Counted from the stretch's first letter, positions 41,783-52,224 are shown. The stretch: 64,000 nucleotides of DNA from Devosia sp. (GCF_028290435.1 NZ_JAQGJV010000020.1:848-64847), one strand, 5' to 3'. A program made the numbers and translations. Notes: generated from the letters alone by a model not told the origin.

Positions 41783-41815
41783 GAAAACGTTTGCGCATTT
41801 GAGATAACGTTTTTC
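41783..41815. promoter_or_regulatory. Tandem LacI-type operators
   Basis: GAAAACGTTTGC and GATAACGTTTTTC (AAACGTTT core) just upstream of lacI. Confidence 0.6.
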
Positions 41816-41924
41816 CACATTCGATTATGGGCGTCAAGTTGGATGCACGAAGATGATCATGAAAATTCGGCCGGCCGGACGTTGGCCGTCACCAGGCCCG
41901 ACTGGACAGAATTACCCGCCAACG

Positions 41925-42701
41925 TCAGCGATAGGGCTGCATCCAGCCGAGACCGGCCGTGGTCGTGGTCCTGGGCTTGTATTCGCAGCCAACGAAGCCG
42001 TCATAGCCGAGCCGGTCGAGGGCCGGCAGGACGTTGGCATAGTTGATTTCGCCGGTGCCCGGCTCGTTGCGGCCGGGATTATCGGCGATCTGGATATGGG
42101 CGACGCGTTCGCGCAGCCGCTCATAGGTCGCCAGCAGATCGCCCTGCATCACCTGGGTATGATAGATGTCATATTGCAGGAACAGATTGCTGTAATCGAC
42201 GTCGGCCATGATGGCCTCCGCATGGTCGGTGGTGCTGAGAAAGAAGCCCGGCATATCGCGCTGGTTGATCGGCTCCATCAGCAGCTTGATGCCGGCGTCA
42301 GCCAGTCGCGGCGCGGCATATTTGAGATTGTCGACCAGCGTCGACTGCAGCAGAGCTCGATCCGCGCCCGCGGGTGCGATGCCAGCCAGGCAATTGATCT
42401 TGGTGCAGCCGAGGGCCTTGCCATACTGGATGGCGGTCGCGACACCGGCCTGAAATTCCTCGACCCGGTCGGGAAAGCAGCCGATCCCCCGCTCACCCCC
42501 GGCCCAATCGCCGGCCGGGAGGTTGAACAGCGCCTGTTGCAGATTGTGTTGCCGAAGCAGGTCGGCGATGACCTCCGACGGATAATCATAGGGCCCGACA
42601 TATTCCACCGCCGGAAAACCATCGGCGGCGGCCGCCGCAAACCGCTCCAGGAATGGCAATTCGGCATAGAGAAACGTCAGATTGGCGGAAAATCTGGGCA
42701 C
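41925..42701 (-). CDS. hyi: Hydroxypyruvate isomerase family (Hyi/OtnI)
   Basis: MPRFSANL, LMEPIN, QYDIYH, HIQIADNPGRNEPGTGEINY. Confidence 0.88.
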   Translation of the reverse strand: MPRFSANLTFLYAELPFLERFAAAAADGFPAVEYVGPYDYPSEVIADLLRQHNLQQALFNLPAGDWAGGERGIGCFPDRVEEFQAGVATAIQYGKALGCTKINCLAGIAPAGADRALLQSTLVDNLKYAAPRLADAGIKLLMEPINQRDMPGFFLSTTDHAEAIMADVDYSNLFLQYDIYHTQVMQGDLLATYERLRERVAHIQIADNPGRNEPGTGEINYANVLPALDRLGYDGFVGCEYKPRTTTTAGLGWMQPYR

Positions 42702-42713
42702 GGTGAAAAATCC

Positions 42714-44816
42714 TCAGTTCAGCGGCATATCCGGCGCGAAGTCGGCACGCCTTGTGACAATAGCATCGTAGAACGCCGGTAGCCGCGCATCGAAAGCCGC
42801 CAAGGCACGGCATTCGGCGATCTCGGCCAGCGCCGGCTCCCCTGCCCGCAGCGCTAACAGCAGCCGGTCGTGACAGGCGGCCAGATCGGCAAAGGCCGCG
42901 CTTGTTGCCAGCTCTTCTGGCCCCAGCAGGAGATGAATTGGCTCTCGCTCACTCATCCCCTTGAGCGCGATGGAGCCGGCATCGAGCAGCGCCAGTTCGG
43001 CAACGGCGTCGCGGGTCTCGCGGGTCACCAAAATATCGTAAAGCACCGTCTTGCAAGCGCTTTCGAGGCGGCTGGCGACGTTGACGGTTTCCCCGACACA
43101 GGAATAATCGAACCGCGCCTCGAACCCCATATTGCCCACCAGCGCCGGGCCGGAGGCGATGCCGATGCCGATGGCGATCGGCTCGGCGCCTTGCGACAGG
43201 TTGGTCTGGTTGAGCTGTCCCAGCGCCTCGCGCATGGCTAGGGCCGCCTGACAGGCCCTCAGCGCGTGGCGCTCGACGTCCACCGGCGCATTCCAGAACG
43301 CCATCACGGCATCGCCCATGAACTTGTCGATAGTGCCCATCTGCTCGATGATCGCCGCGCCCAGCGCCCCGAACAGCGTATTGAGCATCCGCACCAGGTC
43401 GGTCGGCGCGGTCTTTTCGCTGATGGCGGAGAAATTGCGCACGTCGGAAAACATTACCGTCAGTTCGCGAACGTCGCCGCCCAGCCGCAGGCTTTCGGCA
43501 TTGTTTTCGATCTGCGTCAGCAGCGACGGCGCCACGTAATGGGCAAAAGCATTGCGAATACGCCGCCGCTCGGCATCGGTGATGGCGAACTGGAAGAAGG
43601 CCATTGCGGCATAAACGATCAGCGCCCCAAGCAGCGCGAAGCTCGGGTCCAGCAACAGCCCATATTGGGTGAAGGCGAACCAGCTCGCCGCGGTGGTTAC
43701 CAGTGCGACCATGACCGAAAACGCCAGCCCAATCAGCGGGCCGGTGAAGATGATGGCCAGCGTAATGGCGATGCCGCTCAGCACGAAGACCAGGATTTCG
43801 AGCCCCCCGACCCAGTCGGCGCGATTGAGATAAACGCCGGTCAGCATCTGCTCCAGCGCCTGCACGTGGATGGACACGCCGGGGACAGGCTCGCCGAGTG
43901 GGCTTTGCCGCACATCGAGCAGGCCGCTTGCGGAGGCGCCGACGAAGACGATATTGCCCGCAATCTGCGGCGCGAGGCTAGCATAGTCGTCAGCCAGCAG
44001 ATTGCGGGCGGAGACATAGGTCGACGGTCCTAGATGGCGATAATACAACCACAGGTCACCGCTCGGCCCGGTCGGCACGGTGATATCACCGATCCGCAGG
44101 GCCTCAATGGTGCCGGTATTGGTGGTGTCGCCCAGCACAACCAGTGTCGAAGTCCCGAAGGCGACGCGCAGGGTTTCCACCGACAGCGCCGGAAACTCCG
44201 ATGTGCCATTGGACCACAGCAGCGGCAGGCGACGGGGAATGCCGGAGTTCTCCTGATCGAGGCTGGCGACGCCAAGGCCCCTCGCGGCCTCGGCTAGCTG
44301 GGCCATCGGCAGCGCCGCGCCCGTCAGCGTCGGCAAAAACGGCAGCGGATCGGCCCCCGTCATGGCAAAACCGGCCTTGGCCTGCTGCGGCAGCACCGCA
44401 CTATTCTCGTTCTGGGTGAAGCTCAGGATCGACGGGCCACCAGCCAGCGCCGCCGCGAATTCGGCGTCGTAATCCACGCCACCGGCGGCGCTTGCTGATG
44501 GAGAAAGGCGATCCGGCTCGGGAAACAGCACGTCGAAGGCGATAGCGGCGGCGCCGAGTTCGGTCAGGCGCTGGGTCAGGGTCGCCATGGTATGCCGCGA
44601 CCACGGCCACTGCCCGATTTCAGCGAGCGACCGCTCATCGATATCCACGATCCGAATGGGCAGGTCGGGCGCGGCGCGCGGACGCAATTGCTGGAAGAAG
44701 TCGAAGCTAGTCTCGCGCGCCACCCGCAGCGGATAGGGGTCGGCAGCGCGCAGCAGCACAAGTGCGGCAATGATGCAAAAGCCGAACAGGAAGGCCCAGA
44801 GGCGCCGTTTCCACAT
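42714..44816 (-). CDS. CHASE2-domain class III adenylate/guanylate cyclase
   Basis: IVDIDERSL (CHASE2), TM helices, MFSDVRNF, DKFMGDA, VNVASRLE. Confidence 0.9.
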   Translation of the reverse strand: MWKRRLWAFLFGFCIIAALVLLRAADPYPLRVARETSFDFFQQLRPRAAPDLPIRIVDIDERSLAEIGQWPWSRHTMATLTQRLTELGAAAIAFDVLFPEPDRLSPSASAAGGVDYDAEFAAALAGGPSILSFTQNENSAVLPQQAKAGFAMTGADPLPFLPTLTGAALPMAQLAEAARGLGVASLDQENSGIPRRLPLLWSNGTSEFPALSVETLRVAFGTSTLVVLGDTTNTGTIEALRIGDITVPTGPSGDLWLYYRHLGPSTYVSARNLLADDYASLAPQIAGNIVFVGASASGLLDVRQSPLGEPVPGVSIHVQALEQMLTGVYLNRADWVGGLEILVFVLSGIAITLAIIFTGPLIGLAFSVMVALVTTAASWFAFTQYGLLLDPSFALLGALIVYAAMAFFQFAITDAERRRIRNAFAHYVAPSLLTQIENNAESLRLGGDVRELTVMFSDVRNFSAISEKTAPTDLVRMLNTLFGALGAAIIEQMGTIDKFMGDAVMAFWNAPVDVERHALRACQAALAMREALGQLNQTNLSQGAEPIAIGIGIASGPALVGNMGFEARFDYSCVGETVNVASRLESACKTVLYDILVTRETRDAVAELALLDAGSIALKGMSEREPIHLLLGPEELATSAAFADLAACHDRLLLALRAGEPALAEIAECRALAAFDARLPAFYDAIVTRRADFAPDMPLN

Positions 44817-44842
44817 GAGTTGACGCCGCCTGCCCTGCCCGA

Positions 44843-45772
44843 TCAGTTATATTGCCGTTCCGGGACCAATCGATGCTCGGCTGGAGTCGGCCGGGTGCGC
44901 ACGTCGCGGCGGAAATCGGTGGGCGACATGCCGGCAATCTTGCGGAATGACTTGTTGAACGCGCTCAGCGAGCCAAACCCGCTGTCCATGGCCACATGCA
45001 GCACGTTGGCGTCATCCTGCATCAGCAGCGCCTGGGCATAGCTGAGCCGCATCAGGTTCACATAGTCGTTCAGCGTCATGCCGGTCGATTTCTTGAAGAC
45101 GCTCATCGCGTATTTCGGATGGATATCGGCGGCCTTGGCGATATCGGACGAGTCGATGTCCTCGCGGAAATTGTCGGCGATGAAATCACAGATACGCACG
45201 ACGAGAGGCGAGGAATGATTGTCGAGCCCGACCACGGCGTTGGCCTCGCCGGCTGGGCTGGACAGCAGGTCATAAGGATCAAAACGAACGCGTTCGATGC
45301 GCAGCAGCAACTCATCGATCGCCATGCTGGCCTTCATCGGATCCCCTGATCGCGCATAAGCATTCCATCGCTCGAAGTTCGGCGGATCCGAGGCATCGGT
45401 CGCTTGAGTGATTAGCGTTGCCCCCTGCATCAGCTTGGACTGCATGTTCTGCGGTAATCGCAGGCGAAAAAAATGCACCAGCGGCAAATGTCCGCCGGCA
45501 TAAACAAGGTCGTCCGATGCATCGTATAGTTGATGGGGCAATCCTCCCCAAAACAATGCCATCTCCCCGGTGTTCAGGCGCACTTCATGGCCGCTCATGC
45601 GGTAATGGGCCCAACCGCAGATGATGTAATTGACCTCGACCTGCGCGTGCCAATGCGCTGCCCGCATCAGCAGGGGTGAAGTATGAAACATGTTCATTTC
45701 CGTCGGCAGGCGCTCCACCCCGTTGCTGTCGGGTTCGTAATACGCCCTTTGTGCCATCTTACTTTCCGCCAA
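44843..45772 (-). CDS. AraC family regulator (MelR-like)
   Basis: HWHAQVE cupin; C-terminal double HTH SGFGSLSAFNKSF; divergent from lacE. Confidence 0.9.
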   Translation of the reverse strand: MAESKMAQRAYYEPDSNGVERLPTEMNMFHTSPLLMRAAHWHAQVEVNYIICGWAHYRMSGHEVRLNTGEMALFWGGLPHQLYDASDDLVYAGGHLPLVHFFRLRLPQNMQSKLMQGATLITQATDASDPPNFERWNAYARSGDPMKASMAIDELLLRIERVRFDPYDLLSSPAGEANAVVGLDNHSSPLVVRICDFIADNFREDIDSSDIAKAADIHPKYAMSVFKKSTGMTLNDYVNLMRLSYAQALLMQDDANVLHVAMDSGFGSLSAFNKSFRKIAGMSPTDFRRDVRTRPTPAEHRLVPERQYN

Positions 45773-45862
45773 CTCTGCATGCCCATTGAGTGGGACGCCA
45801 TGTCTTATTCAGGTAGCTTAGAAACGGCTCAGCATAAGAGCAAATGAAAAGGGAGGACTACA

Positions 45863-47137
45863 ATGAACCGTATCGCTTCGCGGCGCGGGCGTCTGCTCGG
45901 CCTGGCTCTGGCCGGAATCAGCTTTTTCAGCGTCGCAGCCGCTTCGGCCGGGGAAATCTCGGTCTGGGTCTGGGACAAGGCCTTCAACGGCGACACCATG
46001 CGTGAGGCCGGCGCGCTCTACACCGCCGACCATCCGGACGTGACCTTTAACGTCGACGACAGCGCCAGCCAGGACGATATCCGCGCCAAGCTGCAGACGC
46101 AGCTGCTTGCCGGCAGCACCGATGGCCTGCCCGATATCGTGCTGATCCAGGACGATATCGCCCAGAAGTACCTGCAGTCCTTCCCCGGCTCGTTCGAGCC
46201 GCTGTCGGACAGCATCGATATGTCGGTCTTCGCACCCTACAAGGTTGCGGCCGCCACCTATGACGGCAAGTCGTACTCGTTGCCCTTCGATTCCGGCGTC
46301 ACCGGCCTGTTCTACCGCTCCGACTATCTCGAGGCAGCCGGCTTCAAGGCCGCCGACCTCAAAGACATCACCTGGGATCGCCTGGTCGAAATCGGCACCG
46401 AAGTCAAAGCCAAGACCGGCCATCTGCTGCTCGATCTCGATCTCAACGATACAGGCGTCATCCGCATGATGATGCAGTCGGCCGGCCAGTGGTATTTCAA
46501 TGCCGATGGCAGCCTGCATGTCATCGACAACGCCCCGCTCAAGAAGGCGCTCGAGACCTACGCCAAGTTCTACACTGCGGGATTGGTCAAGCCAGTCTCC
46601 GGTTGGGCCGAATATACCGGCACGTTCACGTCGGGCGAAGTCGCCGCCGTTCCCGTTGGCGTCTGGATCACCGCGACCATCAAGGCCAATGCCGATCAGT
46701 CCGGCAAGTGGGCCGTGGCCCCGATCCCGCGCCTCGACATGGAAGGCTCGGTCAACGCCTCCAACCAGGGTGGCTCGAGCTGGTATGTGCTGTCCTCCTC
46801 GGACAACAAGGCCGAAGCCATCGACTTCCTCAAGACCGTCTGGGCCGGCAACAAGGATTTCTACCAGGACATCCTGATCAAGCGCGGTGCCGTTGGTTCC
46901 CTGCTCGCTGCCCGTGAAGGCGATGCCTACAAGGCCTCCGACGACTTCTTCGGCGGCGCACCGGTGTGGCAGGACTTCTCCACCTGGCTGAGCCAGATCC
47001 CGAGCGTGGATTATGGCACCTTCACCGCCGAGGTCGACTCCGCTGTGCAGGCACAGTTGCCCGGTATCATTGCGGGCGGCGACATCGACGCGGCCCTGCA
47101 GGCGATCAACGATCAGGCCCAGCAGCAGATGCAATAA
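45863..47137 (+). CDS. lacE: Lactose-type ABC substrate-binding protein
   Basis: LPDIVLIQD..AQKYLQSFPG resembles recalled rhizobial LacE. Confidence 0.7.
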   Translation: MNRIASRRGRLLGLALAGISFFSVAAASAGEISVWVWDKAFNGDTMREAGALYTADHPDVTFNVDDSASQDDIRAKLQTQLLAGSTDGLPDIVLIQDDIAQKYLQSFPGSFEPLSDSIDMSVFAPYKVAAATYDGKSYSLPFDSGVTGLFYRSDYLEAAGFKAADLKDITWDRLVEIGTEVKAKTGHLLLDLDLNDTGVIRMMMQSAGQWYFNADGSLHVIDNAPLKKALETYAKFYTAGLVKPVSGWAEYTGTFTSGEVAAVPVGVWITATIKANADQSGKWAVAPIPRLDMEGSVNASNQGGSSWYVLSSSDNKAEAIDFLKTVWAGNKDFYQDILIKRGAVGSLLAAREGDAYKASDDFFGGAPVWQDFSTWLSQIPSVDYGTFTAEVDSAVQAQLPGIIAGGDIDAALQAINDQAQQQMQ

Positions 47138-47240
47138 TCTGCTGCGTGAAAGCGGGCTTCAGCTCGCTTTCACCGCCGGGCGCCCAAAGCGCCCGGCGCC
47201 TATTGGACGTGATGACGTTGCTGCACCAGGGAGGTGACAA

Positions 47241-48137
47241 TTGGCACAGGCGCGACTCGATCGCAGAGAGCAGGTTACCGGGTGGACATTCGTCGCCCCG
47301 GCGCTGATCCTGCTCGGACTGTTCATGATCTACCCGATCGTGTGGTCGCTCTGGATGAGCTTCCAGGTCGGCAAGGGCATGAATCTCAGCTTTGGCGGCT
47401 TCGCCAATATCATGCGGCTGACCAAGGATCCGGTCTTCCTGCGCGCGCTGGGCAACACCTTCACCTTCTTTATCGTGCAAGTGCCCATCATGATCGTGCT
47501 CGCCCTGCTGTTCGCAGTGGCGCTGAACGACTCGACCCTGAAATTCCGTGGCCTGTTCCGCACCGCGATCTTCCTGCCCTGCGTGACGTCGCTGATCGCC
47601 TATTCCACCGTGTTCAAGTCGATGTTCGCCACCGATGGCATCATCAACGAAGCCCTGATGGCGGTCCATCTCATCGGCGCACCGATCGGCTGGTTCAGCG
47701 ATCCGTTCTGGGCCAAGGTGGCCATCATCCTCGCCATCACCTGGCGCTGGACCGGCTACAACATGATTTTCTATCTTGCAGCGCTGCAAAACATTGATCG
47801 CTCGATCTATGAAGCCGCGCGCATCGATGGCGTTCCGGCCTGGGCCCGGTTCCGCTACCTCACCATTCCCATGCTCAAGCCGGTGATCCTGTTCACCACC
47901 GTGATCTCCACCATTGGCACGCTGCAGCTGTTCGACGAGGTCTACAATTTCACCGCCGGCAATGGCGGGCCATCGGACTCCACCATCACCCTGTCGCTCT
48001 ACATCTACAACCTGACCTTCAAGTTCATGCCCAGCTTCGGCTATTCGGCGACGGTGTCCTGGGTGATCGTCGTGGTCGTGGGCATTCTGAGCTTCATGCA
48101 GTTCCTTATCGCGCGTGATCGGAGGAGGTCGTCATGA
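47241..48137 (+). CDS. lacF: ABC permease
   Basis: WRWTGYN, YEAARIDG. Confidence 0.75.
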   Translation: MAQARLDRREQVTGWTFVAPALILLGLFMIYPIVWSLWMSFQVGKGMNLSFGGFANIMRLTKDPVFLRALGNTFTFFIVQVPIMIVLALLFAVALNDSTLKFRGLFRTAIFLPCVTSLIAYSTVFKSMFATDGIINEALMAVHLIGAPIGWFSDPFWAKVAIILAITWRWTGYNMIFYLAALQNIDRSIYEAARIDGVPAWARFRYLTIPMLKPVILFTTVISTIGTLQLFDEVYNFTAGNGGPSDSTITLSLYIYNLTFKFMPSFGYSATVSWVIVVVVGILSFMQFLIARDRRRSS

Positions 48138-49015
48138 CATCGACCACGATGGCCGAAAATACCGGCTCGGCCGCCACCAAAGTTGGCGTGGCCACATCGG
48201 CTGCGCCGTTCCGCCTCATCCGCCGGGGCCTAGTGTATCTGCTGCTCAGCATCGCCGCCTTTATCTCGGTATTCCCGTTCTACTGGATGATCGTGGGCGC
48301 CACCAACCTGTCGGCCGACGTCATCAGGGGCAAGGCCACGCTCGGCGGCGCGCTGTTCACCAATGCCGCAACCTTCTTCGCCCAGGTCGATGCGCCCCGC
48401 ATTTTCTTCAACTCGGCCTTCATCGCCGTCGTCGCCACGGCGCTGACGTTGGTGATCTCCTCGCTGGCCGGTTACGGCTTCGAAATGTTCCGCTCCCGCG
48501 TGCGCGAACGCATCTTCGGGCTGTTGCTGCTGCTGCTCTCCATCCCGTTCGCGGCGATGATGGTACCGCTGTTCGTGATGTTCTCACAGGCCAAGCTGGT
48601 GAATACCTACGTGGCGGTTATCCTGCCAACCGTGGCCTCGATCTTCATCATCTTCTACTTCCGGCAAGCCACCAAAGCCTTCCCCACCGAATTGCGCGAC
48701 GCCGCCAAGATCGATGGGCTCAAGGAGTGGCAGATTTTCGTGTTCGTTTACCTGCCGGTGATGCGCTCCACTTACGCCGCCGCGACCATCATCGTGTTCA
48801 TGGCCAACTGGAACAATTACCTGTGGCCGCTGATTGTGCTGCAGACTGCGGAAAACAAGACGATCACGCTGATCCTGTCTGCCCTCACCTCGGCCTATAC
48901 GCCCGATTACGGCATGATCCTGTTCGGCACCGTGCTGGCGACCCTGCCCACCCTCATCATTTTCTTCCTGCTCCAGCGCCGCTTCGTCGAAGGCATGCTG
49001 GGCGCGGTCAAATAG
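48134..49015 (+). CDS. lacG: ABC permease
   Basis: DAAKIDG, WNNYLWPL. Confidence 0.75.
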   Translation: MTSTTMAENTGSAATKVGVATSAAPFRLIRRGLVYLLLSIAAFISVFPFYWMIVGATNLSADVIRGKATLGGALFTNAATFFAQVDAPRIFFNSAFIAVVATALTLVISSLAGYGFEMFRSRVRERIFGLLLLLLSIPFAAMMVPLFVMFSQAKLVNTYVAVILPTVASIFIIFYFRQATKAFPTELRDAAKIDGLKEWQIFVFVYLPVMRSTYAAATIIVFMANWNNYLWPLIVLQTAENKTITLILSALTSAYTPDYGMILFGTVLATLPTLIIFFLLQRRFVEGMLGAVK

Positions 49016-49026
49016 GTGCATAGAAC

Positions 49027-50112
49027 ATGAGCCATCTCACGCTTAAGGCCGTGCGCAAATCCTACGGGTCGGTCGAGGTCATCAAGGGCATCGACCTGGC
49101 GATCAAGGCCAAGGAGTTCGTCGTTTTCGTCGGCCCCTCCGGCTGCGGCAAGTCAACCTTGCTGCGCATGATCGCCGGGCTTGAACATATCAGCGACGGC
49201 GATCTGGAGATCGGCGGCAAGCGGATGAACGATGTCGATCCAAGTAAACGCGGCATCGCCATGGTGTTCCAGTCCTACGCGCTTTATCCGCACATGACCG
49301 TCCGCGAAAACATGGGCTTCGCCCTGCGCTTTGCCGGCGTCGCCAAAGATCAGATCGCCAGGCAGGTCGCCGAGGCAGCGCGCATCCTGGCGCTGGAGCC
49401 GCTGCTGGACCGCGTGCCCAAGGAGCTTTCGGGCGGGCAGCGCCAGCGCGTCGCTATCGGCCGCGCCATCGTGCGCAATCCCGAAGTTTTCCTGTTCGAC
49501 GAGCCGCTGAGCAATCTCGACGCCGAGCTGCGCGTGCATATGCGCATCGAGATCGCGCGGCTGCACAAGGAACTGCAGACCACGATGATCTACGTCACCC
49601 ACGATCAGGTCGAAGCCATGACGCTGGCCGACACCATCGTGGTGCTGCGCGATGGCCTGGTGGAGCAGGTCGGCAAGCCGCTCGAGCTTTACGACGATCC
49701 GGCCAACCAGTTCGTTGCCGGCTTCATCGGCTCGCCCCGCATGAACTTCATGGCCGCCAAGGTGGTCGAAGCCGGCGCCGGCACGGTGACGGTTGCGCTG
49801 ACCAAGCAGGGCAATGCCCACGTCACCCTGCCCCTGACCGCCTCCCCCGCCATCGGCTCCGACGTGACGCTGGGCGTCCGCCCCGAGCATTTCGGGCTAG
49901 CTGGCGCCGGCGATGCCGACTTGGCGGTCGATGTGGACGTGGCCGAGCATCTCGGCGCCACCAGTTATCTCTATGCCAATACCGGCACCGGCGAGCAGTT
50001 GATCATCGAACGCGAGGAACTGCGCAACGAGACTGGCAAGGAAAACCTCACCGTCTCGGTCCGCGCCGCCAATTCATACCTGTTCGACAATTCGGGCCAG
50101 CGCCTGCGCTAA
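49027..50112 (+). CDS. lacK: ABC ATPase
   Basis: [17 protein letters not shown]-like C-terminus. Confidence 0.78.
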   Translation: MSHLTLKAVRKSYGSVEVIKGIDLAIKAKEFVVFVGPSGCGKSTLLRMIAGLEHISDGDLEIGGKRMNDVDPSKRGIAMVFQSYALYPHMTVRENMGFALRFAGVAKDQIARQVAEAARILALEPLLDRVPKELSGGQRQRVAIGRAIVRNPEVFLFDEPLSNLDAELRVHMRIEIARLHKELQTTMIYVTHDQVEAMTLADTIVVLRDGLVEQVGKPLELYDDPANQFVAGFIGSPRMNFMAAKVVEAGAGTVTVALTKQGNAHVTLPLTASPAIGSDVTLGVRPEHFGLAGAGDADLAVDVDVAEHLGATSYLYANTGTGEQLIIEREELRNETGKENLTVSVRAANSYLFDNSGQRLR

Positions 50113-50138
50113 CGCCCTCTCTTTCTAGGAGCAATTTC

Positions 50139-52151
50139 ATGACCGAAACTAAAAAAGTCCGCTGGGGCATTATCGGGCCGGGCTCGATCGCCAAGGCATT
50201 CCAGGGCGGCGTTGCCGGCTCCAAGCATGCTGAACTGGTCGCCATCGCCACCCGCAATCCCGAAAAGCCGGGCCTCGCCACCGACTTCCCCGGCGCGCGC
50301 ATCCTCAAGGGCTATGACGCGCTGCTGGCCGACAAGGACGTCGATGCGATCTATATCGCGACGCCCCATCCCGGCCACGCCGAATGGGCGATCAAGGCTG
50401 CCGAAGCCGGCAAGCACGTGCTGGTGGAAAAGCCGATGGCGCTCAGCGCCTTCGAGATCGACGCCATTTTCCACGCCCACCGCAAAGCCGGTACCTTTGC
50501 CGGCGAAGCGTTCATGTATCGCCTGCACCCGCAGGTCAAAAAGCTGGGCGAGCTGATCGCCTCCGGCGTCATCGGCGAAGTGCGGATGATCCAGTCGAGC
50601 TTCGGCTTCTCCATGGGCAAGTTCCAGCCGCAGCACCGCCTGTTCGCCAATGACCTCGCAGGGGGCGGCATTCTCGACGTCGGCGGCTATCCCGTATCGA
50701 TGTCGCGCTTCATCGCAGGCGCCGCCATGGGCAAGCCCTTCGCCGATCCGATCAAGGTTTCCGGCACTGCCAAGCTCAACGCCGAAGGCACCGACGATTG
50801 GGCCGCCGCGGTCCTGACCTTCGAGAACGGCATTGTCGCGCAGGTCTCCTGCGCCGTGATGGCCAATCTCGATAACGTGCTGCGCATCCATGGTTCTGAA
50901 GGCCGCATCGAGGTTCCCGAATTCTGGTTTGCCGGCGGCAATCGCGACCAGGGCCTCGGCCGCATCGACGTCATCAAGGGCGGCAAGACCGAAACCATTA
51001 GCGTCAACGAAACCGGCCACGTCTATGCCTTCGAGGCCGATGGCGCGTCCGAAGCGATCCTGGCCGGCCGTCATGAATTTGCCGCGCCGGGCATGAGCTG
51101 GGCCGATAGCCTGGGCAATGCCCGCGTGCTCGACAAGTGGCGCGCCGATGCCGGCATCGAATTCAACATCGAAAAGCCGGTGAAACGCGTCAACACGCTT
51201 TCGAACCGTCCTCTCGCTTCGGGCGGCACCGCCATCCCGAAGCGCTCGATCCCCGGCCTCACCAAGCAGGCCTCGGCCGTCGCTTTGGGTTTTGAGGATT
51301 TCAAGACCTTCTCGTCCGGCGCCATCCTGCTCGATGCGTTCTGGGAAAAGGGCGGCAACCTGTTCGACACCGCCTTCGTCTATGGCAGCGGCTATACCGA
51401 AAAGCTGTTCGGCGATTGGCACAAGAGCCGCGGTACCCGCGAGCAGTCGGTGCTGATCGGCAAAGGCGCGCATAGCCCGCTGGTCTATCCCGACGTCATC
51501 GCCAAGCAGTTGACCCAGTCGCTGGATCGCCTGCAGACCGACTATGTCGACGTGTATTTCATGCATCGCGATAATCTGGATGTTCCGGTCGGCGAGTTCG
51601 TCGATGCCATGGATGCCGAGGTCAAGGCCGGTCGCATCCGTGGTCCGTTCGGCGGCTCCAACTGGACCCGCGAACGCATGGACCAGGCGATTGCCTATGC
51701 CGACAAGACTGGCAAGCAACGCCCCGGCGCCCTGTCGAATAATTTCGCTTTGGCGGAAATGCTCGACCCGATCTGGGCCGGCTGCGTCACCTCTTCGACC
51801 CCAGAATGGAAAACCTGGCTCAACGATCGTCAGGTCACCAATTTCTCGTGGTCAAGCCAGGCCCGCGGTTTCTTCACCGACCGCGCCGGTCGCGACAAGA
51901 CCGACAACGAAGAACTGGTCCGCGTCTGGTATAACGAGCAGAACTTCGGCCGCCGCGACCGCGCGATCGAACTCACCAACAAGCTCGGCCATTCGCCGAT
52001 CCATGTCGCGCTGGCCTATGTGCTCGCCCAGCCCTTCCCCAGCATCCCGCTGATCGGGCCGCGCACGCTCGGCGAACTCGACGACAGCATCAAGGCGTTT
52101 GACATCAAGCTGACGCCGGAAGACCTGAAGTGGCTGGAAGACGGCAAGTAA
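50139..52151 (+). CDS. Gfo/Idh/MocA-aldo/keto reductase fusion
   Basis: N-half WGIIGPG, VEKP, DVGGY; C-half AKR tetrad FDTAFVYG, IGKG, YFMHRD. Confidence 0.88.
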   Translation: MTETKKVRWGIIGPGSIAKAFQGGVAGSKHAELVAIATRNPEKPGLATDFPGARILKGYDALLADKDVDAIYIATPHPGHAEWAIKAAEAGKHVLVEKPMALSAFEIDAIFHAHRKAGTFAGEAFMYRLHPQVKKLGELIASGVIGEVRMIQSSFGFSMGKFQPQHRLFANDLAGGGILDVGGYPVSMSRFIAGAAMGKPFADPIKVSGTAKLNAEGTDDWAAAVLTFENGIVAQVSCAVMANLDNVLRIHGSEGRIEVPEFWFAGGNRDQGLGRIDVIKGGKTETISVNETGHVYAFEADGASEAILAGRHEFAAPGMSWADSLGNARVLDKWRADAGIEFNIEKPVKRVNTLSNRPLASGGTAIPKRSIPGLTKQASAVALGFEDFKTFSSGAILLDAFWEKGGNLFDTAFVYGSGYTEKLFGDWHKSRGTREQSVLIGKGAHSPLVYPDVIAKQLTQSLDRLQTDYVDVYFMHRDNLDVPVGEFVDAMDAEVKAGRIRGPFGGSNWTRERMDQAIAYADKTGKQRPGALSNNFALAEMLDPIWAGCVTSSTPEWKTWLNDRQVTNFSWSSQARGFFTDRAGRDKTDNEELVRVWYNEQNFGRRDRAIELTNKLGHSPIHVALAYVLAQPFPSIPLIGPRTLGELDDSIKAFDIKLTPEDLKWLEDGK

Positions 52152-52181
52152 GCGCGTCAACGCCGTAGCCTGAACGTACTC

Positions 52182-52217
52182 AACACCCTCGGGCTCGCCC
52201 CGAGGGTGTTTTGATTT
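52182..52217 (+). terminator. Rho-independent terminator-like hairpin
   Basis: AACACCCTCGGG-CTCGC-CCCGAGGGTGTT followed by a T-rich tract. Confidence 0.7.
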
Positions 52218-52224
52218 ACACAGG

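Noticed and set aside
2725-51719. Long antisense ORFs (e.g. 2725..4194, 5479..6900, 13200..14696, 28589..30139, 45818..47134, 50109..51719)
   Set aside because: Shadow or alternative-frame ORFs overlapping well-supported genes, expected from high-GC codon bias; no motifs.
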